Program-made: the position numbers and the translations under genes | Notes under the pieces: model-generated | Database searches by the model: none | What the model saw: only the letters and a program-made list of their open reading frames with translations | What the model was told of the DNA's origin: nothing | In this document: positions 51,872 through 60,065 of the stretch, piece after piece | Layout: every line of letters begins with the position of its first letter | Position numbering within the stretch: position 1 is the stretch's first letter | Source of the DNA: a virus | Length of the DNA: 64,000 nucleotides | Strand: one strand, 5' to 3' | Virus record (IMG/VR): IMGVR_UViG_3300010334_006426 | Span: 41,141 to 105,140 of that record

Positions 51872-54800
51872 TTAATAAGTGTAAGAATATCTATTGTTCC
51901 AAATGGCATTTGTTATGGTGCCACTGCTTAATAATGTACCAGCTGTACTAAAGTATAATCTTTTGATAGTCCAGACACTTTGACTGGTAGTTGATCCAGG
52001 CACTGCATAACCAAGGTAATTGTAACTGTTTGGTTCCACAACAACAATATCAAACTGCCTGGTAGTGCCTAGATAGGTAGCACTATTAGTTACCAGGTTG
52101 GTATAGGAATTTTCATATTTTCCACTATTGGCACTGAATGCATTGTAAGTGTTATTCCAATTAGCTGAAAGTACAGGTATTTGACCCAAATTTACATCAG
52201 TTCCACTTAACAAGTATGCTGCACTGTTAGTAACCAGATTGGTGTAGGCATTGGTCCAGAATGCGCTGTTAGTATTGGTAGTGGTATAAGCACTATTACC
52301 TCCTACCCATCCAGCAGTCAAATTCTTAATATCTGTACCTTGGTAATCCCAAGTGGTAGCAGAATTTGTATTAACTGTGGTATACACAGAATTCCATAAA
52401 CCAGATGCAGCTGCTAACAAACTGATATCCACAGCAGACAGATAAGCTGCACTATTACTTGTTAGATTGGTATATGCTTCAGACCATTTAGCACTGTTAG
52501 TATTGGTTGCGGTATAATTGCTGTTCCAATCATTGCTATTGCCTCCTTTAGCGGTAATTGTACTGTTGCTACTAATGGCACCATTCACAGTTAATTCAGC
52601 ACCTGGATAACTTTCATTGATACCTACTTTTGCAAGTGTACCGGGTGTAGGTGCGTTCCCTACATGCAATACCTCAATACCGTCTTGATCATAAAATCTG
52701 GCTATATCAAAATTACCGGGCGATTGGCTTACATATAAAGCAGGTCCTGGACCATTATTAACAACACTCAAAGCGCTGGTAGTAGTAAAGATAGTATTTC
52801 GAAATGTGCTGGAACCTAGAGCAGTTAAATTGCCATTGATGGTAACATTTCGACCGAATGTGGTGTCTTGATTATTATAAACAATATAAGGGCTGCTTAG
52901 TAATAGTGTACCATTATCATCTGGTAAATTATAGGTACGATTAGTTGTAAGCGAATCAGGAAGAGCTTGAAATGTACCTGTATAAAAACTTCCTATTTCT
53001 GCAATAGCAATATCGGTATTAAATGTGCAAAAATTTAAATTAGCCCCCGTCGCATCCACAGACCCTGTTATATTTAATGCACGAACGGATACCCCATCAA
53101 ATTCAACAGTATCCGTTGAATTAAGGCTTTGGGAACTTACATTTTGATAAGCGGTATTCCATTGAATGCTATCCCCACCTGTTACTTTAACATTTCCATT
53201 AACTTCTAATTTTTCTGCAGGTGTTGTGGTTCCTATACCTACATTACCATTTGAATTAAGTATTCTTAAAGTTTCAATCCAGCTATTTCCATCCCATTTT
53301 GAAAATATAAAATCATCAGTTATAGAATTTCCAGGTGTTGCCGATCCAAAAGCTGAAGCTTTTGAAGGGCCATTATCTTTCCATATCTCAACTGCACCTG
53401 AACCACCTATAATAGTTAGAGGAGTTTGACTTCCAGTACCTACTACTTGCATTCTGTGAGCACCATTGGTGACGTAATTACCTTGCTGCTGACCAACAAC
53501 TAACTTATCTGTTGTTACGAAATCTGAATTTAATGCAGGGGTAATTATTGTATTCGTTGCAGTAAGATTATTAACGTATGTGAAGTTAGATTGAGTTGCA
53601 TTAATGTTACTACCTAAAATAAACGCATTATCTGCACTAAGTGTATTATTAGTACCTCCAAGTATAGAAGAGTATTGACCGTCAGTTACAGTAAAATCAC
53701 CTAACGTAGGTTTTATTGCGCTAACCGGTCTTGTATATTCTATTTGAGGATCTAAAGGTAAATTATACTTTTGAGAAAGATAAACTTCTATTTGTTGTCT
53801 TTTACTTTTATCTAATACACGATCAAACGCAATAAGCTCAAAAAGATATCCGGTATAAGGACTACCGTTAATAAAAGGTTGAGGATTCGGTCCATCATTT
53901 CTTAAATTACTATTTCCAATGATTATCTGTGAACCTGTATTATAAAACCCGCCAAGCCCGGACCAACTGCCGTCAGGAAGACCATTGAGAAAATGATTAA
54001 CAAATGTACCATCTGAAGTTATTGATCTTATATATGGAGCACCTATTTGCGATAAGGTGTTTGTCCACCTAAAATATCCTCCCACATAACTACCGCTTCC
54101 ATCAATATTACTACCCTGATAACTATTCCGATCTATATAAAAGTTTATACCGGTATCATTTGAATATAAGTATAGAGGAAACGCAGCATTACCATTAAAT
54201 ATTGCTGTTTTAATATAAACAGCAAAAAAAGTCTGACCTACAAAAGTATTATTATTATATAAGCCTACCTTTCCCTCTCTATCAGCAGTATCAAATTTAA
54301 CATACGGTATACCCCCTAAAACATTACCATCTTGTCCATAGGAAATATCGGAGGTTTCAACATCAGGTAGAAATATAAGACTATTTGGTCCTTTGTCTTG
54401 CCAGGATACTATGTTACTACCATTTGTTGTTATAGTTCCTGAATCAGTTGCATCAAGCCATAACTGTAGTCCATCAAAATTATCAGGAGAGAGAGGGCCT
54501 GGATATGGTTTTACAAAAGGCGTTGAGGGTTCTATTACTAACTCATAGGCTTGACTTGATAATTTTGAGAAAGCTGTAATATCTATAAACGCACTGCTTA
54601 GTGCAGATAAACTAACTGTATTACCGTTAGATATAGATAATTCAGCATTATTTTCATCAAACGATAAATTTTGAATACCGGTACTCCATGTACCGGAATA
54701 TGTTTGTACAGTAGTATAAGTTGAATTCCAATTACCACTATTAGCATGGACTAATGCGTTAACAGCAGGATCACCTGAGCCGCCACCACCTGTACCAAAG

Positions 54801-55450
54801 TAGTTAGATATGTCTCTGCCTCCAGAAAGAATGTGACCGTTCACATTCAGATCTCCATTCATGACCCCGCCATTGGCATATTGCACTGCAACTGAACCAC
54901 CACCTCCACCTAGATCTAGTATTCTACGGGAATAATCTTTAACGGTCTTATCAACATACTCCTTTAATTCTTTTAATGTTGTACTTGCTTCTTGTTGTTG
55001 CTTGGCTGTGCCTGTATCTTTTATTTTTTCTAGCTCATTAATATAGCTTGTAACCTGTTCATCTTCAGATTTATTTTTATTCTGTATTTCTATTTTTGGT
55101 TTTTCTGGGCTCAATGCCTTGTCTTTAGCTTTTTCTATAGCTGCTCTAATCTTTTCACCTAAATTGCGTGTTGATTTTTCATCTGTATCATCTCTAGGCT
55201 CGATAGTTTTACTGCTATCTTGAATAACTTCCTCTATTACCTGTATATCTTCTTTTTTAGGAAGCTTCTCTGTAATCGTACTCCCAATCTTTTGAAGAAA
55301 ATCTGTAAATGGATCTTTTTGCTCATCAACAATTTCTGCGCCAGAGACGGATGCATATACCGCTTCCATGATATTCTTATGTTCCTTAGTTACTTTAATC
55401 TTTTCGGCAAGATTACCTAGGAAGTCAGATAATGGGTCTTGTTCAAACAC
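51872..55450 (-). CDS. long tail fibre-like protein with LamG-type domain and coiled-coil repeats
   Basis: LQLWLDA.D...WQDKG...YTGYLFELIAFDRVL (LamG-like), GNVGIGTTTPAEKLEVNG, SAxW repeats, and the GGGGGSVAVQYANGG module. Confidence 0.7.
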   Translation of the reverse strand: MFEQDPLSDFLGNLAEKIKVTKEHKNIMEAVYASVSGAEIVDEQKDPFTDFLQKIGSTITEKLPKKEDIQVIEEVIQDSSKTIEPRDDTDEKSTRNLGEKIRAAIEKAKDKALSPEKPKIEIQNKNKSEDEQVTSYINELEKIKDTGTAKQQQEASTTLKELKEYVDKTVKDYSRRILDLGGGGGSVAVQYANGGVMNGDLNVNGHILSGGRDISNYFGTGGGGSGDPAVNALVHANSGNWNSTYTTVQTYSGTWSTGIQNLSFDENNAELSISNGNTVSLSALSSAFIDITAFSKLSSQAYELVIEPSTPFVKPYPGPLSPDNFDGLQLWLDATDSGTITTNGSNIVSWQDKGPNSLIFLPDVETSDISYGQDGNVLGGIPYVKFDTADREGKVGLYNNNTFVGQTFFAVYIKTAIFNGNAAFPLYLYSNDTGINFYIDRNSYQGSNIDGSGSYVGGYFRWTNTLSQIGAPYIRSITSDGTFVNHFLNGLPDGSWSGLGGFYNTGSQIIIGNSNLRNDGPNPQPFINGSPYTGYLFELIAFDRVLDKSKRQQIEVYLSQKYNLPLDPQIEYTRPVSAIKPTLGDFTVTDGQYSSILGGTNNTLSADNAFILGSNINATQSNFTYVNNLTATNTIITPALNSDFVTTDKLVVGQQQGNYVTNGAHRMQVVGTGSQTPLTIIGGSGAVEIWKDNGPSKASAFGSATPGNSITDDFIFSKWDGNSWIETLRILNSNGNVGIGTTTPAEKLEVNGNVKVTGGDSIQWNTAYQNVSSQSLNSTDTVEFDGVSVRALNITGSVDATGANLNFCTFNTDIAIAEIGSFYTGTFQALPDSLTTNRTYNLPDDNGTLLLSSPYIVYNNQDTTFGRNVTINGNLTALGSSTFRNTIFTTTSALSVVNNGPGPALYVSQSPGNFDIARFYDQDGIEVLHVGNAPTPGTLAKVGINESYPGAELTVNGAISSNSTITAKGGNSNDWNSNYTATNTNSAKWSEAYTNLTSNSAAYLSAVDISLLAAASGLWNSVYTTVNTNSATTWDYQGTDIKNLTAGWVGGNSAYTTTNTNSAFWTNAYTNLVTNSAAYLLSGTDVNLGQIPVLSANWNNTYNAFSANSGKYENSYTNLVTNSATYLGTTRQFDIVVVEPNSYNYLGYAVPGSTTSQSVWTIKRLYFSTAGTLLSSGTITNAIWNNRYSYTY

Positions 55451-55483
55451 AAGTTATTTAATGAATTTGCTATAAATAACCAT

Positions 55484-55849
55484 ATGCATGAAGTTGTAAG
55501 AGATTTGTTACAAATGCAAAATCAAATACGTATTTTTCATTGGCAGACAAAAAAATACTCCGCGCATAAAGCGCTCGGCAAAGCCTATAGTGGCTTGGAT
55601 GATTTAATAGATACTTTTGTCGAGACAGCGCTAGGTAGAAAAGAAGCCAGCTTTACTAATGGTAATATTGATATTAAGCTTTTTGATATTAATGAGCTAT
55701 GCCCATGCACTGCATTAGAGACTTATAAGACTTATTTAACAGAAATAACCCAAAAGCTTAGTCCTGATATAGACACAGATCTTTTAAATATACGTGATGA
55801 AATGCTTGGTCTATTAAATCAAACCTGCTATCTTTTGAAGCTAGAATAA
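55484..55849 (+). CDS. ferritin/Dps-like four-helix protein (DUF5856-like)
   Basis: FHWQT..YSAHKALG..Y..LDDLID.FVE...NIRDEM....NQT.YLL. ATG 55484 is 5 nt after TATAAATA (55471-55478). Confidence 0.7.
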   Translation: MHEVVRDLLQMQNQIRIFHWQTKKYSAHKALGKAYSGLDDLIDTFVETALGRKEASFTNGNIDIKLFDINELCPCTALETYKTYLTEITQKLSPDIDTDLLNIRDEMLGLLNQTCYLLKLE

Positions 55850-56770
55850 TTACTGTCTAACAGTCTTAGTAAAGTACTTCCACTTGTCCCACATGGCCCA
55901 ATTCTCTTTCAATAACTCTTGGCTGCTGGCCCGGATAGGATTAATGTCAATGCCACCGCGTCTCACATACAGACACGATACCATCAATTCTTCTGGCTTA
56001 ACCAGATCATACAACCGCTTATAGATGGTCTCGCAAATCTCTTCATGGAAGTGACATTCATCTCTGAACGAAACAATGTACTGCAATAAAGAGGTTTGAT
56101 TGAGCTCGTAAGGTCCTTTGTAATGAATATAAACATCCCCCCAGTCCGGTTGAGATGTGACCCTGCAATTACTCTTTAACAGTGCTGAATGAAAGCGCTG
56201 CACTTTATTTGAGTCACCTTCCAACCAACCCAATAAATTTGGATCTTCTTTGTATCCTCTTGCCTTGATTGTCGTGACATCAATATTATTTTCAAGTGTA
56301 GGGTATGAGCTAGTAGGAAATAGAGATGGATAATGCATTGCATCATCAATTGCTTTTGTGAGTCTGACACACACCCTAACTTCAGTTTCAAGCAATTTGG
56401 AAAGATCATTCTCCATCACAGCTTCAAGCTGTTGCAACACACTGATAATATTGCCTTGATACTTCTCCATATTAAACGAATTCATGTAGAGCTTGATGGA
56501 CTTGGACTCAACAATATACTTGTTTGTGGCTGGGTACACAACTTTAGCTATGGCCGCAATTGGCATGCCTTCACTTGTTAAGCAAGACACTTCATAAGCA
56601 TTCCACACATCATAGCCACAGAAGGGAAGATTCTCATCACTAATACCCAGATGCTTTCTGTTGTTAGCTCTAGGCTCACGGACTAAAAGCGAGGGGTCAT
56701 AGGTACACTTGTACCCAGTTATTTTACCAAGATGCTTTGATATGTTACTATTGTCTAATTCCGTATTCAT
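55850..56770 (-). CDS. queF: NADPH-dependent 7-cyano-7-deazaguanine (preQ0) reductase, bimodular type
   Basis: D.WNAYEVS, QueF motif ESKSIKLYMNSF, catalytic KSNCRVTSQPDWG, FHEE, YVRRGGIDINP. Confidence 0.93.
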   Translation of the reverse strand: MNTELDNSNISKHLGKITGYKCTYDPSLLVREPRANNRKHLGISDENLPFCGYDVWNAYEVSCLTSEGMPIAAIAKVVYPATNKYIVESKSIKLYMNSFNMEKYQGNIISVLQQLEAVMENDLSKLLETEVRVCVRLTKAIDDAMHYPSLFPTSSYPTLENNIDVTTIKARGYKEDPNLLGWLEGDSNKVQRFHSALLKSNCRVTSQPDWGDVYIHYKGPYELNQTSLLQYIVSFRDECHFHEEICETIYKRLYDLVKPEELMVSCLYVRRGGIDINPIRASSQELLKENWAMWDKWKYFTKTVRQ

Positions 56771-57329
56771 TAAGTTTTATTTTAATTGCTTCCATGCGTT
56801 CTTCCACTGTTCCCCTTAAAACAGTTATCTTTCCTTTTAATCTCTCATCTGACAACCAAAAATTCTCGTACAAATCAATAATTGCATCTCTAAACTTTTT
56901 ATCGGTACTTCTCTCACCATCATCCACCAACGAAACATCATGTGGACTTGGATAGAAGATATGATCATACTTTTTAATATAATTTGTATAATACAGTAGA
57001 CCCAAGCTATTAGATACAGGAAAATCATTTAACTTATCTCTAGCAAAATAACTTGTATACACCATTCCATCCATCAAACAGCGATCATGCAATATGCCTT
57101 GAAAATTAAATCCTTTATAGTTGTAAAATAAATTCTCAAACTCTTTATTGAGAATTAATGTTTGCGTCACATCATTAGCACCTTCCTCATTTATATCGCA
57201 ATTATGCCAACGCTTAATTAACCTAGTTACTTCATCAATATAGCATAGCTTAGAACCATAATACTCTTTGCACTTCTTTAAAAGAGTAGTCTTACCCGAA
57301 CACTGAGGACCTGTAAACGTAAAAATCAT
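56748..57329 (-). CDS. P-loop nucleotide kinase/AAA_28-like protein
   Basis: FTGPQCSGKTT, DRCLMD..VY, DDGERS. Confidence 0.75.
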   Translation of the reverse strand: MIFTFTGPQCSGKTTLLKKCKEYYGSKLCYIDEVTRLIKRWHNCDINEEGANDVTQTLILNKEFENLFYNYKGFNFQGILHDRCLMDGMVYTSYFARDKLNDFPVSNSLGLLYYTNYIKKYDHIFYPSPHDVSLVDDGERSTDKKFRDAIIDLYENFWLSDERLKGKITVLRGTVEERMEAIKIKLNEYGIRQ

Positions 57330-57364
57330 AACACAATTATACTAGACAAATTAAAAAAATAAAG

Positions 57365-57508
57365 CTATTTCTTAAAAATCTCACTAATTTTTCTCTTAAT
57401 AATTTCTAGCCATGTTTCTTCGATAAAGTCTAGCTCATCAATAGGATATCCCTTGAGTGGATGATTGTCATCATCTACCCAGGTGTGCTTGGTACGGGGT
57501 TGTTTCAT
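57365..57508 (-). CDS. small hypothetical protein (47 aa), below the ORF-track cutoff
   Basis: MKQPRTKHTWVDDDNHPLKGYPIDELDFIEETWLEIIKRKISEIFKK; ATGA overlap with the upstream stop; fills the gap. Confidence 0.55.
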   Translation of the reverse strand: MKQPRTKHTWVDDDNHPLKGYPIDELDFIEETWLEIIKRKISEIFKK

Positions 57509-57852
57509 TTGCACCATTTCTTTCTCTTGACTATTTCAGCTATTATACAGTATACCGCGGTATCACTAAACGCATCAAAAATCGGCTCATTTGCAGTTTC
57601 AAACGTTTTCTTTCTCAATACCATATTGATTAATCTCTGAATCTTGTCATTGAGTCGCACCACGATAGCAGAAATAGATGCAACAATATCCTCTTCTCTA
57701 TGTAGGTCAGATCCTAAGCTAATATTGTGCGGCCCGTAATCATTTTGCTTTTTACAGAAAATATTGTATTGTTCACTCTGAATTTTCTTAAATTCTTTGC
57801 ACGTTTCAGGGTACGTAGTTTCAACTAGCTTGATGAGATCTTCAGGATTCAC
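57505..57852 (-). CDS. DUF1599/nucleotide-modification-associated domain protein
   Basis: KKQNDYG..NI...VRLNDKI.RL......E.I.D...D.A.Y.II helical motif. Confidence 0.7.
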   Translation of the reverse strand: MNPEDLIKLVETTYPETCKEFKKIQSEQYNIFCKKQNDYGPHNISLGSDLHREEDIVASISAIVVRLNDKIQRLINMVLRKKTFETANEPIFDAFSDTAVYCIIAEIVKRKKWCK

Positions 57853-58426
57853 TTTGAATTATATTATAATCGGTTAGAAAGTTTTTCCAGGTATTAAATG
57901 CACAATCGTGTAATGAGCAGTATACCTCAGTTAGGGTCAAACCTTCGATTCCTATTTCACCACTAGCTACAATTTCACCATCGTCAACGCCCGGGGTAAC
58001 CTTATGAATAACGCAACCCGCGTTCTTATAGCCTCTCGTAAAGGCTCTTTCTTGTGGATTGAATCCTTTTAATTCAGGATGTTTACTAATAAGACCAGGA
58101 TGAAGATTATATATTTCGTAGTTGTTACATATTTCTTCCGGAATAATTCTTAAGTACCCATGTAATGTAATGATAGGATTACTAAATCTAGTCAATATAT
58201 TTTTATATTCTTCCAATGTTGGTTTCTGAGATATATTATATAGAAAGATAGAATTTAATTTATGTTCTCTAAACTTAATATTATTGATAAGATCGCTATT
58301 AGTTGTATCATGATTTTGTTTGTTTGATATAATTGCGTCGGGGTATTTTCCGAAAGCATTTGAAAGATTATAAATCTCCGTGCCTGTTTGAGAGAAGAAA
58401 GTAACCCAGGGTCTACTATTGCTCAT
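57842..58426 (-). CDS. PurN-like formyltransferase (candidate DpdN, preQ1 formyltransferase)
   Basis: FFSQTG, LHGYLRII, YNLHPG, GCVIH.V..GVDDGEI; located in the QueF/DpdA cluster. Confidence 0.8.
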   Translation of the reverse strand: MSNSRPWVTFFSQTGTEIYNLSNAFGKYPDAIISNKQNHDTTNSDLINNIKFREHKLNSIFLYNISQKPTLEEYKNILTRFSNPIITLHGYLRIIPEEICNNYEIYNLHPGLISKHPELKGFNPQERAFTRGYKNAGCVIHKVTPGVDDGEIVASGEIGIEGLTLTEVYCSLHDCAFNTWKNFLTDYNIIQSES

Positions 58427-59993
58427 AAATGTATTTTTTGTGCCAGCTGTAAAAGCTAGGTGCTAAATTTGATGATAGCATGCTTTTATCGTGAATATAT
58501 TTAAAAGTATTTTTCGCTAAAGCCAGTTTTCTTGAATCTATAGAAAAGCTGGATGACCAGTCAGAGACATTTCTCTCATAATGTAAAGCTAAATTAAGCC
58601 AAAGATAATCAGGAAAAATACTAAACCCATTAATATTATTCTCTATACAATTAAATTTACTGTAATATTGATTTCTTACATTTTGTAGCATACTTTCAGT
58701 AAAGCCATTTTTTTGTTCAGTCCAAAAACTAGTATCATCTCGTTGAGTAAATTTATAGACAGCGGTAAGATACTGATAGATAGAATCATATAAAATTGTT
58801 GTTGAATTGTTATACTCCTCGAGAAGAGCCTTCAATGGTGTTCCTTTATTTTCTTTTTGAATAAAAAATGCAATTTTTTTAGCTGCAGATACAGACAGAT
58901 ACAATGCATTTGAAAGAAGAGGTTCAAGAAATCCCGTAGATATACCTGCGGATACTATGTTTCTTACTGCTGCTACTTTGTATCTCCCTGGAACAAAATT
59001 AATTAACCTAGGTTGTTGTATCCATGTCTCCTCCGGAATACTAAGTTTCAACTCATTAAAAGCCTCTTCATCGCTAACATGCTTACTACTAAACAAATAC
59101 CCGTTACCTAGGCGACTAAAAAGAGCGATTTCAAATCTCCAACCATAGTTCATAGCAATGGAGCGTGTATATGCTGTCATTTGAGTTTCTTTTTCTGTAT
59201 AATTGCTATTAACCAACCAAGCCTTGTCGACAGGAATATATGTAAAATTTTCCCATTCTACATCTGTATGTTTGAATAAAGTTCTAGCAAAACCACTAGA
59301 ATCAATATACAGATCAGCTGTAAATAATTCTCCTGTCGAGGTCTTAACACCTAAACATTCATTATTTCTTATTACAGGTATAATTTCTTCTTCAACTATA
59401 TTAATGCCTAATTCTATTGCTGTTTCCTTTAAAACGGAAGTAATTTTATTAGCATCTGTATGGTAGGCCCAGGACCATAGACTATTGGCTAAATATCTAT
59501 CACCGTCAAAAGGACATTTATTTTTTTCTAAAAATCCGAAATGTTCATTTATATACGGATTAACGTCATTAGATATTTCTTTTTTCTTATATAATTCTAA
59601 TACATAGTCGGTAAATCTATCTTTATCGTTTAAAACAGATCTATAGCTACTGTTGTTATTTTGATAGAAATAACCGTTAAGTAAGTCGCTACCGTGTAGG
59701 TTATAAGAAAATCCAATATAGGTATACTCACCTTTATTTTTATAAAAATTTTCTAGCTTATTGGCAAATTTAAATACGCTATCCGTCTTACGCATAAATT
59801 CAGTTTGATTATATCCAAGTAATGCGGTATAGAAAGTGGCCACCTGTGGCACCGTACTTTCACCCACACCGAGTGTAGGGATATTTTTACTATGAAAAAT
59901 ACTTACCTCTACGGATGGATTGAATTTTTTAATCGCTACGGCTACAGAGTAGCCTGCATTACCGCCTCCTACAACAATAACCTTTTTTATCAT
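58416..59993 (-). CDS. tryptophan-halogenase-family flavoprotein
   Basis: GGGNAG, GVGEST, catalytic-position K in VFKFA, AYH.DA, ADLYIDSSGF, GFLEPL. The WxWxIP motif reads WRFEIA. Confidence 0.85.
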   Translation of the reverse strand: MIKKVIVVGGGNAGYSVAVAIKKFNPSVEVSIFHSKNIPTLGVGESTVPQVATFYTALLGYNQTEFMRKTDSVFKFANKLENFYKNKGEYTYIGFSYNLHGSDLLNGYFYQNNNSSYRSVLNDKDRFTDYVLELYKKKEISNDVNPYINEHFGFLEKNKCPFDGDRYLANSLWSWAYHTDANKITSVLKETAIELGINIVEEEIIPVIRNNECLGVKTSTGELFTADLYIDSSGFARTLFKHTDVEWENFTYIPVDKAWLVNSNYTEKETQMTAYTRSIAMNYGWRFEIALFSRLGNGYLFSSKHVSDEEAFNELKLSIPEETWIQQPRLINFVPGRYKVAAVRNIVSAGISTGFLEPLLSNALYLSVSAAKKIAFFIQKENKGTPLKALLEEYNNSTTILYDSIYQYLTAVYKFTQRDDTSFWTEQKNGFTESMLQNVRNQYYSKFNCIENNINGFSIFPDYLWLNLALHYERNVSDWSSSFSIDSRKLALAKNTFKYIHDKSMLSSNLAPSFYSWHKKYIYEQ

Positions 59994-60000
59994 CGTCTAG

Positions 60001-60065
60001 TTATATTATAATCGGTTAAAAGGTTTTTCCAGGTATTAAAGTAATGAGCTGTACACTTGTCTTAG
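60001..60065 (-). repeat. degenerate direct repeat (relic) of the formyltransferase 3' end (57859-57934)
   Basis: 38/40 identity between 57859-57898 and 60001-60040, then an 11-nt gap and further similarity (GTAATGAGC...TTAG). Confidence 0.85.

Noticed and set aside
55439-55483. ORF-track TTG start for the ferritin-like gene
   Set aside because: It overlaps the divergent fibre gene and both promoters. ATG 55484 fits the genome-wide promoter-start spacing.
57842-58426. purN as a purine-biosynthesis auxiliary gene
   Set aside because: The N-terminal motif is divergent (FFSQTG instead of SGxGSN), no other pur genes are present, and the context is deazaguanine modification.
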